DNA from: Cetorhinus maximus
Lineage: Eukaryota
Direction: 5' to 3'
DNA: 64,000 bases
NCBI RefSeq assembly: GCF_964194155.1
Contig: NC_135902.1
Location: forward strand, 43,834,001-43,898,000
The notes below the pieces were generated by a model. The model did not search any database. It had not been told where the DNA came from and saw nothing but the letters and a program-made list of their open reading frames with translations. How positions within the stretch are numbered: position 1 is the first letter of the stretch; each line of letters opens with the position of its first letter. Shown here piece after piece: positions 40,701 through 52,700 of this stretch. The translations under genes were made by a program, and so were the position numbers.

Positions 40701-43700
40701 AAAGAGAAAAAAGAAACTAGCCGCTCATTTTAATCCCACTTTCCAGCACCTGGTCCATGGCCTTGCAGTTTACAGCATTTCAGATGCAGATCCAGGTACC
40801 TTTTTAAATGAGCGGAGCGTTTCAGCCTCAACCACCAACTTAGGTAGTGAATTCTGGACGTCCACCACCCTCTGGGTAAAAAAGTTTTTCCTCATGTCCT
40901 CTCTACCAATCACCTTAAATCTATGCTCCCAGGTAACTGATCCTTCAGCTAGGGGAAACAAGTCTTTCCTGTCTACCCTATCTAGGCTCCTCATAATTTT
41001 GTACACCTCAATTAGGTCACCCCTTAGCCTCCTCTGTTCCAAGGAAAACAACCCCAGCCTATCCAATCTCTCCTCATAGCTGCAATTCTCAAGCCCTGGC
41101 AACATTTTTGTAAGTCTCCACCACACTCACTTTGCTGCTTTCTACAACAATTCTAAATTCCAGGCTAACAATGGTGAAAAATAGAGAGTGTGTCATGGGT
41201 TAACATCACTTCTGAATTTTAAAGATAAATGTTATAATTCAACAGTATTGAAAACTGAGGCTAAAGTTTATCTTCTTGTGAAAATTTCTGGATTTACTTT
41301 GTTATACATGGAGGAAGATTTTTATAACATAATTGTAATTCTTCATACTAATGAGAGTAGCTACCATCACCATCTACCATCTCCCCACCACAGCAACAAA
41401 CATGAGTAGTTTGGGGATTACCCTAACAACAAGCTGTACTACAATTTAGTGCATCACACACAGGGAGCAGCTGAACAGCATACATAGTTGGAGGGGGGGG
41501 GGTGGGGTTGTGAAGGAATAAAAAGAGGGCAGGTGCAGGAGGAGTAGCCCCCGTATTTGGAAACTAAAGTCTCAATCTTACTGATAAAACTAATCGGACA
41601 AAATAAATTGAGATTTTACCAGAATAAAAGCAAAATAATCACAAATTGATCACATATCAAGGAAGAAATAGCGATTATTATGTCCGTTATGTTTTTTAAT
41701 ATAGGAAAAACTATCCAAAGAGTTCCAACACAGACAAATAACAATCCTTCAAACCTGAACAGGAAGACGAATTTTGGACGTAACACTATTTCCAGCTTCT
41801 GTTTCCTCTTGAATTTCAATTTCATCCCAGTTGGTGGCTGTAGATAAAATAGCTCCAGCTGTATGAGAATGCAACGTTTGAGTGAAACGGTAAACAAGAG
41901 CCTTAAAAGAAAGAAATCAAAAATATTTTTATAAAGGAATGAAAAAAACTAGGAAAGTACAATAACTAGTTTTTACATCATTCTTAAAGTAAATTGTGTT
42001 TCTCTTTCCAGTCGTAACAATCGCAGTGCACCATAATCGTAAAACATTACATTAAATTTCTCAAAGTATAAATGAAATGTTCCCCATATTCTACAATTTC
42101 ACTATTGCAACTTTTAAAGATTTTTAAAGATTACTTAAATTTACAATCTTCATATTTCTTAACATGTATCCAATCTAATAAAGCATGCTGCCAATCATAA
42201 ATCCAAACAATCTGCAGCACCTGTATGTAAAACATCTCTATTCCATAGGTTATGTAGCCATCAGTTATTACCAAGCCACAAACACCATGCAAAAGTCATT
42301 TCATCTCACAAATGTTGCTCAGACTGAGCTAAAATTTATCAACATCCCCAGGTGTAGGAGCCTTACAAATAGACCTGCACTGTTGTTATTAGCTTTGCAA
42401 TGCCGCATCTCATTTCAGTGGCATCTGATGACTTGGCTGGACAGTGGAACTCAATGTCAGGTCACACCTATCATTTTATATCAGGTGAACATTGTAGAAA
42501 CCAATCACTTTTAATAGCACATTAATTGCAGGACCACACCATGATTTTAAACTGATCATTAAGCAGAACTTTTCCTTGTCCCACTGGGCATCCTCAAAAT
42601 AAATGAAAATTAAAGCTACAGTACCATTGCTTTCAGAAGTGTTTACTGCTCCTAATCTCAGCAAATTATTCAATAAGATGGTAGTTCTTGGGGTGAAAGT
42701 TGCAATTTAACACAATTCTTAAAAGGCATTTTGTGTCACGGTGAAAAAGTCAGTGTAATAAAAGAATTAAACTTTAGTATTTTACAATATAATAACTTAA
42801 AACTTAAGACATTTGAATAGGATTTCTTCACGTAAAGCCTGATTCTATTATCTGCATGAAAGTCTCTGTATATATTCACAGAATAAAACAGGGTAAAAAG
42901 CTTTTCTATAGGTTTGAGTTCCCAAATTCCTGTTCAGATGCTCTCATTTACATTGCAACATGATTTTAGAAAGCGAGATGAAACATATGGCAAAAGGAAA
43001 GCACGCAGCTGTTAGTCCATGTGGTTGAAACCTTCCTCCTTCTCTTCTCTCTCTTTCTCCAAGCAGCATTCAATTACACCAGGATCCCTCAGCAAAGAGA
43101 AGCGATTGGAGCAGTGTTTCAGGTAAAATTTAAGAAAATGCTTCCAACAGCTTGGGCAATCACTGGGAGCTCTCCTAGGGGGAAGCTATGAATTTTTGCT
43201 ATTGATCAAAGGCCTTATGATGTCAGAGACAATAAAATCGCCATGTTTCTTATACAGATCCACCACTTGTAATAGCAGTTAAAACAGATTTGAACAATGG
43301 GCTATAAAATGCACTTTTTTGCTGTGAAAAAGAATTCCAGGCACACTCTAGCAAGGATCGCCAGTATGTCCTATTAGGATTTGATATCAAATACAGTAGA
43401 TTAGGTACAAGTGGAATTGTCCCAATCGAACAAAAGCCTAATATATATGGTTAAAATATGAAATTAAATCAGGCGAAAGAAGAAATTGCCCATCTCTGAC
43501 TGTGTAAATCTCAATAGGACTAATTATAATAACAAAAGATAAATATTTGCAATATATACAATCCATTCTTCCAGCTCTGTAATATTTGAATGGCAACTCT
43601 TCATTCAGTCCCCAGCCTCAGCTCCCACTGTATCTATTTGCTGGGGTGTATTTAATTTTAAAACAGTAACAGGAGCCTGGGCTGCATGCAGAAGGAAATG

Positions 43701-46700
43701 TTATGATCTAAACATTACATCCCCAGAGCAACAAATGATAGAAACCTCCTTTAGTGCAATGATGTAACAACCCCTTCCTTCCAACTTCAACTCTGGTTCC
43801 TAAAACCAATTTAAAATTGGAGATAGCCCAGAAGGACATAAAGGGCTATGAGATTACAAATCAGCAGAGGAAGACTGAACTGGAAATAGAAGGGAGAATC
43901 AGAGCACTGGGAGAGTAGAACAACAGCTGACCAGAGTACATTCGAGGGCAAACATATTTTCCAGAAGGGGAAAAAAATGAATCACATTGCCCTGTAACTG
44001 TTCAGCAACCTTTTCTGGTTCGGTCTTCCTAAACTTTGGTTACATTTTTAAGGATGAAAACCTGAATTCACGTAACAATTCAGTATTGTAAAAAAAAAAA
44101 CACTATTTATAAGCAAGCATCAGGTAGTCACTGACCTTTGATATAGTAACATTCCAAATCTTATAAGCACTCGTGCTCTGTTGCAAGAGCTGATCCTTTA
44201 CTTCCTGCCACTTAACTTGTGCTGGTTTCATTTCTTGCAGCTTCCCTTTGCCCAGCTTCTTGATAGGACGGGGCTCACGTACAAGCAGGTCATTACTACT
44301 CGACTTACCCAAAACACACTGCTTTAAGTGAGGGCAGAGTTCTCCAATAGATTGGCATAGCCGTGCCATGAAAAGGACAGCGTTGAGACTGCAATCATTA
44401 GGCGAGTATGTGCAATTTTGTAATTTTTCTTCTGCCGTTTTAAGCTCTGCTTTCACACAGTCCAGGATGTATTGTACACAAGAAAGGCAATGTGTCCGTA
44501 GCATTTCTTCAACCTTAGCTGTATCAGCGTACCTATCAAATGCTGAACTCTGTAGCTGTGAAGATGAGTGATCATTTAAACTGTCCTTAACTGCAGAAGA
44601 ATCTGGTGGAAGGTACATAACTAAATCGTCCAATTTAACTTTTAATTTGGAGTCAAGTGCAGAACAGAAACTTTGAACACAGAGTGTGAGAGCTTGGGCC
44701 TTCATAGAGAGTCCACTCTTTAAAAACTGGCTACGATTTGTAACGCTGACCCAGGCAGTGTCTGATAAAAGGTCGTTACTGCTCTCTGACCAAAGAAATG
44801 CAGCAACATTATACTCGAACTCAACAGGTTTGTTGGGAGCAGAGCTGGGGTTCTTGACCTGAAGTTCCTGTAGAGCCGAAACTAAGAGCTGTTTGGAACT
44901 GTTTGAGATGGATTCTAAACCTTCTTTTGTCAGTGCCTACAGGAAAGAAGGGCTTTTATTAAATGTGTCTAATAGAACCAACATCCCCAATTACCACCCA
45001 CAACAAAATAAATTATTCTATAATTACATTTTCAATTTTATAAAATAAGATACAGTATTCCTTGATTTTAGTCTCAATGTGACAATAAGCATTCAAATCA
45101 TAACTTTGTTGCTGAAAAAAGGTACATGTTGCTGAAGCTTTCAATCTTGTACCCATCAGGACAGAAATCCCAAGAATGCTGAATTTCAAAGGGAATAAGA
45201 AATTTACATTGCATGAGAAAAGGGTGCAGATTGGTTGACGCGTCACCATAGGGAATGCACCAGGGACAGTTGTCCCCTATGCATTAGTTTAGTTGAAAAG
45301 GTGCAATGCCTGGACATGTTCTTCTTGTTTGCAGAGGACAGGGTCCTATGTATGAATATACGTAGATTCTAGCAAGGGTAACTTAGCCACATTGTGAGCC
45401 TGACTGATAGTCTTAAATTAGAGTCAGGGTTATACAGCACAGAACAGGTCCTTCGGCGCATTATGTCCATGCCAGCCATCAAGCATCTATCTATTCTTAT
45501 CCCATTTTCTAGCACTTGGCCCATAGCCCTGTATGCTATGGCGGTTCAAGTACTCATCTAAATACTTTTAATTCTGCGATTGTTCAGTAATTGTTGTCCA
45601 ATCCAGAGTGTGCTAAGAATAACACTAACAACCAATTTAAGATTCAGTCAGGTTCGCAATGTGGCTCACTTACACTTGCTAGAAGTTACATATATTCGTT
45701 TGCAGGGTCCCGTCCTCTGCAAACAAAAAGAACATGTCCAAGCATTATGTCTTTTTCAATTAAACAAAAGCTTGGGGGACAACTATTCCCTGATGCATTT
45801 GCCATGGTAACACTTTGACCAGAGTCAACTTGCCTCATTAGAATTTAAAAATCTTGGAGATAAATGTTCCCTGATGTATTCTCCATGGCAATGCCTCAAC
45901 CAATCAGAATCCACTTGCCAAACAATCAACACCCTTTTCTCAGCAGTACAAATTTCTTGTTCCCTTTGAAATTTGGTATTCTTGCAATTCTGTCCTAATA
46001 AGCGCAAGTGAGAAGCTTCGATAGCAAAGCTCTATTACAATTATAATACTTGTAGCATAAAAACTTCCCGTGGGTCTTTACAAATCATTAAGGATAAAAT
46101 GAACACCAAGCCAAAGGAGGAGATGTTGCAGCAATGACCATAAGCTTGGTCAAAGATGTAGGTTTTACAAGTGATCTTAACGGGGGAGAGGAAGTTGAAG
46201 AGGTAGCGAGGTATATGGAGAGTTCCAGGCATACAACTTGGATATGGAAGACAAAGCCGCTACTGGTGAGACATGGGGGAGGCGGGGCGCGGGGGGTTGC
46301 ATAAAACAGCAGCGTCTGAAGAGCTTGGGAGAGGAAGTGGGTGGAGGAGTGTTGCAACATTGGAGGAGGTTAGGGATAGGAAGGAATGAAGCTATGGATA
46401 GAAGTTAAACACAAGGATAAGAAGTTTAAATTTGAGGCCTTGAAAGGATTGGGAGCCAATGTAGGTCAGTGTGAGCAGGGGTGATGGGAGAGCAAAATCT
46501 GGTAAAGGAAAGGAAATAGTCAGAGTTATGGATTAGTGAAAGTTTATAGAGGGGAGGGATAGAAGGTAAATTGGGAAAACACTGGAATAATTGAGGTTGG
46601 AAATCGCAGTGGACTGGATGAGAGTTTCAGCAGCAGATGGGTTAAAGTAAAGTAGAGGCAGAAATAGTTCATGTTACAGATGTGCTGATAAAGAGGGTCT

Positions 46701-49700
46701 AAGATTGGAAGCTCAGCTCAATCTCAAATATGACACCAAGGCTGCGAACAATCGGAACAGCCCAAGAAAGTGACATCAATGGCTAGGGCTGAAGTTAATA
46801 ATCCATGTAATAATCTTAAACAATAAGCAGATTTGTTCTGTAATTTAATATATGACAAGGAGTTCTCTGATGAATCAGATACCCTATGTCTCCCTGTGTA
46901 ATGTCAGATTGCTGGAATTATAAAAGAGGTAAATAAAACATAATTTTTAGCTGGATTTTTCACATCTTAGTAATTATAAAATACAGACCAATTCTCCTGA
47001 TTTTAACCTTTGAAACATATCTTCTATGGTTATTTTGGAGCCACAGGAGTGGATCATTTCTTTTCCTAAATTCACAAATAAAGAATACGTTTACCCTATC
47101 ACTATACAGAATACAAGAAATCATTAGCTGCAGGTTAACAACCACTCAGTTTGAGAAAGAACCTAAATCACTAAAAAGCATTTATCAGGATATGGCTGAT
47201 GTTATCTACCTGCAATCTGTCAAGGAAGAGCTGCTGAAGGAAATCCTCCCAGAAGGAGAAAGGTTTCTCCAGTAGTCGACAGCACACAGTTTCCCAGTTC
47301 TGACTTATTGATTCACTAGTTAGGAGTTCCCACACTGCATCTCTAATTCCAGCAAGACCCTTCAGACTTTTCACGTAGATCAACAGGTTTCCAATTCCCA
47401 TCTTTATGTCATCCTTACACCTTTTAAAGAAAATTAAAGTCTTGATCAAGTATAGGGCACACACTTTATTTTCACAAATTTTACTTCCTGTTTGCATGAT
47501 CTTTAGCTATATGTTTCTGTCAACATATAACTTTTTAAATTGCTATACTGTACTAATATTCCCCAATCTGTTTTGCCATATTGACCATTATGATACTAGA
47601 GCATGCTCTGACTACTAGGGGGCTCTATGGAACAAAATTCTAGAATCCCTCCCATTCCATTGCCACCTTGTACATAGAAGAATTTGTAGTGACATATAGT
47701 GCCATTGTCATGGAAATTCATGGTAATGAATAAAAAGTGAAGGTTTTATCTAAGATAAGTGCTAAAGCAGATTCCAAGAACCAATCGAGCATGTAATTTA
47801 TTAATTGTATAGGATTATGGAAGGTCTAGTGGTTCAGTGGGTAGGATCCCTGTCCCTGGACCAGAAGCTCCAGGCTCAAGTCCCACTTCAGACTTGATGG
47901 TCACATAAGGAGAGTTCATAATGTGGCCAAACAGGTTGATTAACAGCCTGTAAGTCCTTCCAATATGCCTGATGGCAGGTGGTAAGAGCGGGACAGTCTT
48001 CTGGTCAGCCATACTGAAGGCAATGGCAAACCACCGCAGTACTTTGCCAAGCCAATCCAATGGAAGTTCATGGTCACCAATGCCCTCTTAGGGCATGGTA
48101 CCTGTAGGAGGAGGAGGATAGGGTTATGGTAAAATGTATTTGTGAATAAAAATTTACAACTTAGTTAATTGCTGTGTTATGTTACAAAAGCATTAGTTTC
48201 CATCAGCTTGACTCAATGGCAGCATTCTTTATATGCTGTCTCCTGCTACCGCAAAGATGGCCGTCGAGACAGATCTGCGTGTGTATTGGTTTTCTGAGTA
48301 AGCGTAGACCAATGATGCTACGCCCCAGTGTATGGCTTCGATTTATGGTCAGAGTGGGGAAGCAGGAGCCATAGTGTTGATTTATTGCATAGCCTGAGTA
48401 TCTGCATATTCTGTACCAAGGCGATTAAAGCTGTACTTTGCCACATAGGAACCAACTCCCAAACCATCTCATGTATTATGCCTTACTTTTCTTTCAAATG
48501 CTGAAGAAAAGAAACTCTTAATGCAACTGCATATATAGCACAATGAAAGCAAGTGTAGTGCCACACAAACTTTAAGAACACAGCTCCACAATCGAATTGT
48601 GCCAGAGCTTCATCAGTTTCTGGAATAATCCAATTTTCCCATTGTTACCAGCTTCAGATAACTACATAACCATATATTATCAACTTTATCTTATGTTTAA
48701 CAAGAAAGAAAATGAGGCATTTGAGTTTGCAAGGGAAAATAACCCTGCATTCTGTCTTTGCTTGCTTTTTATTTATCAGCCTCTTGGGCTACTGCATTGC
48801 TGTAGGGAATCAGATGAAAATTAGAATGCCATAAGGGAACTGTATGAACCTTTGAACCAAGATTAGACAATTTAAATTTGAATGGCTACAAGTACAATAG
48901 GTCACTTCACTGAAAAACAGTGAAATCAGTAATGTGGTGTACACAGACATCACCAGCAAATGGAACCCGTTGCTCACAATGACACCACATCAGTACAACT
49001 GCGCATGCACCGCACTGGCAGCAAACACTGCTTCTTTATAGTCTGTGTCAGAAGTTATGGGCTTAAGTTGATAAGGGGACATAACATAGGGCAAACCACA
49101 GATGTTGGAAGAAGGAACGTTTGGGCTTTCCATTTGAATGAACTGTAGCCTCCCATATGTGGTGAGCTAGTGAGACTAAGCAAATGCTGATTTCCTTTCA
49201 TAATGAAATACCAGTTTGTCTTCAAATCATACTCAAAAAAAATACATTATTTTACTTCTATTGGCTGAGGCAGAATTTAATTTCTCCAGAGAAAATAAAG
49301 CATTTGGAATTTTCGCCATAATAAAAATTATTGCAATTCCTTTGCATCGGGTAGGTTACAAACGCCTTCATATATGACTTTTTGTCCATGGGCAATATGC
49401 GCTTTAAAAGCCACGACTGACATAATGCTGGAATTTCTCCTGATGAACAGAGCAGCCTGTTTATTTCAATATGCGATACATTCCAGATTGCTACATGACC
49501 ACATGCACAAGTGCATAGAGGGAACACTGCACAACTGTGTAATCAGCAGTCTATCACACTTGAAGTTGTGTCTCAGTTTTTCTCTTTAACCAGCTATGCA
49601 TACAAGCACATCAACAGCTCCTGTTTTAAAAAGCCCAATATTAACTTCACCTGAATAAAAGTTTCTGAAATGTGTACACTATCTTTTTTTAAAATAATTT

Positions 49701-52700
49701 TGAAAAACAGACACTGCTGGAGGCTCAAAGAAACAAGCACAAAAAGGAAGGAGGAGGCAGTACAAACTGTTCAATGATCTTAATCTTAGGGGTGAAGAAA
49801 TCCATGAGCTTTTTACATTTGCTGTTAAATGTAATTTTGGCAGTTAACCCACAGTGTTTTATTCTGTTACTGGTTTCTGCTCTTCAGTGTTCAACATTAT
49901 GTAAATAAAATCCACTTGCTTACATGTTGATCCATTGCTGAAGTGTGTCTCTCAGGTAATCACGGTTTATTGGATGAGCGAGTGTCCTAAGAGGCGGCTG
50001 AAAATCCACAATAGAAGGTGGTAAATATTTGAACCAGGTCTCAGATTTCATCTCGTCTTTTAACACTGTGATTCCTCTGTCTGCAAAGGTTAAGCAAAGA
50101 TGTGTTTAGTCACCTGTGAATAAAACAAATATTCTCACCAGTATTTCCAAACGCGCATACTGCCTAAACGCAATGATCTTCTATCTCAGATAACTGGATT
50201 TAAAGCTGCAGCTCTCACATAACTGATTTTTGACAAGACACAGAATCCAATACTATTATTATATACCAGTGCTTTCTTTAGTGTAGCAGGAACAATTAGC
50301 TCCAAGCAAACTGGGCGACCGCTTTGCAGAACACCTGCGGTCTGTCAGCAAGAAAGACCCAAACCTCCCTGTCGCTTGCCATTTTAACACTCCACCCTGC
50401 TCTCTTGCCCACATGTCTGTCCTTGGCTTGCTGCATTGTTCCAGTGAAGCCCAGTGCAAACTGGAGGAACAGCACCTCACCTTCCGACTAGGCACTTTAC
50501 AGCCTTCCGGGCTGAATATTGAATTCAACAACTTTAGATCTTAAACTCCCCCTCCCCCCATCCCGTTTCTTCCCCCGTTCCTTTTTTTTCCCAATAATTT
50601 ATATAGATTCTTCTTTTCCCACCTATTTCCATTATTTTTAAATCTACAACCAATACCCTGTCAGTCTTTCCACCCCACCCCCACTAGAGCTGTACCTTGA
50701 GTATCCTGCCATCCATTCTTAATTAGCACTTTTCTTAGATAATATCGCCACCTTCAACACCTCTTTGATCCTTTTGTCTGTGACATCTTTTGATTATCTG
50801 CTCCTATCACTGCTTGCTTGTCCCCACAACCACCCCACCCTTAACTTCTCTCCCCCCGCCCCCCCCCACCTTAAACCAGCTTATATTTCACCCCTCTCCT
50901 AACTATACTTCAGTTCTGTTGAAGGGTCATGTTGGACTCGAAACGTCAACTCTTTTCTTCTCCGCCGATGCTGCCAGACCTGCTGAGTTTTTCCAGGTAA
51001 TTCTGTTTTTGTTTTGGATTTCCAGCATCCGCAGTAGCTTTTTGTTTTTATCTCTGTGTTTAATTGACTGCCACTTCTCTTCAAGAAATGCCTTCCTTGA
51101 AGAAGTATTGCTCTGTTCTCCGACAGGATTTCCGCCTGTCTCTTCTGCCCTGTTCACCTTCATTGCTTTCCATTTCTCTCCTGGTGTTTGACAAGGTGTT
51201 TACTAAAACCCGCTTTCACAGCCATATTTCCTTTCTCAGTGACTGTCTCCGTCTCCGACTCACCCCACGTGGATTTCAACTGAAATTCCATCCCTCTTGT
51301 TTCGAACCCACCCAGGATTACAGGTATCTCCAGGACATAAAACGTTTCTCGGACTGCTGTTCCCGTCGCATTCTGAGATCCACACTCAGTGCCATGCGCC
51401 GCCATATGAACACACTCGACCTCTCCCTCCAGCAGCACCGCCGCACCCTTTTTCAAAGCTGCGCGTGCCCCCAGTTTCATTTTATTCTTCGCCTCATCCG
51501 ACGCCTCAACAAGAAACTTTCTCTCTTTCTCTCAAGTGCTAAGGAATGCAAGCTCCAACAACTCACCGACACCAACACCCATCTGGGACCCTCCACCCCT
51601 GCTTGTCCCTCCATCCCCACCCCATCTTCCAATCCCAGCCCCAGCCGCGTATTCACTATACCCCCTGACCTTCCCCTCTCTGATGCTGAACGTTCAGTGC
51701 TCAGCAAAGGACTTAGTTTCATACCCTTACGCCCTCATCTCAATGAATTTCGGGCTCGGCATGATGCTGAACTCTTCTTCCGCCGTCTTCGTCTCCGTGC
51801 TCACTTCTTTGGGCAGGAGTCCTCTCCCCGTTCAACGGACCCTTTTACCCACCTCCAATATTCTCCCTCCACCTGGACCCCTCCCTCTGGATTCTTACCT
51901 TCTGTTGATCTTTTCATTGAGAACTGTCGGCGTGACATTAGCCATCTCAATTTCTCTGCTCCTCTCACCCATTCTAATCTGTCTCTCTCTGAACTTACTG
52001 CACTCCGTTCTCTCAGGTCCAACCCCAACATTGTCATCAAACCCGCTGACAAGGGTGGTGCTGTTGTTGTCTGGCGCACTGACCTCTACCTCGTGGAGGC
52101 TGAGCGTCAACTCGCAGACACTTCCTCCTACCTCTCCCTGGACCATGACCCCACCACAGAACATCAAGCCATTGTTTCCAGGACTGTCACTAACCTCATC
52201 TCCTCTGGAGATCTTCCTCCCACAGCTTCCAACCTGATAGTCGCCCAACCTCGGACGGCCCGCTTCTACCTCCTACCCAAAATCCACAAACAGAACTGTC
52301 CTGGCAGACCGATCGTGTCAGCCTGTTCCTACCCCACGGAACTCATTTCGCGTTATCTTGACTCCCTTCTCTCTCCCCTTGTCCAGTCCCTTCCCACCTA
52401 CATCCGTGATTCCTCTGACACCTTACGTCACATCAACAATTTCCAGTTCCCTGGCCCCAACCGCTTCCTCTTCACCATGGATGTCCAATCCCTCTACACC
52501 TCCATCCCCCACCAGGATGGTCTGAGGGCCCTTAGCTTCTTCCTTGAACAGAGGCCCCAACAATCCCCATCCACCACTACTCTCCTCCGTCTGGCTGAAC
52601 TTGTTCTCACACTGAACAATTTCTCCTTTAACTCCTCTCACTTCCTCCAAATAAAAGGTGTGGCTATGGGTACCCGCATGGGCCCCAGCTATGCCTGTCT

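Noticed and set aside
47821-47890. Possible tRNA gene
   Set aside because: A/B-box-like motifs are present but there is no convincing cloverleaf. It continues into a SINE body with a tail and TSD.
50997-51025. Tiny GT-AG intron in the PLE leader (CCAG|GTAATT...TTCCAG)
   Set aside because: Only about 30 nt, too short for a normal vertebrate spliceosomal intron, and no transcript evidence is available.
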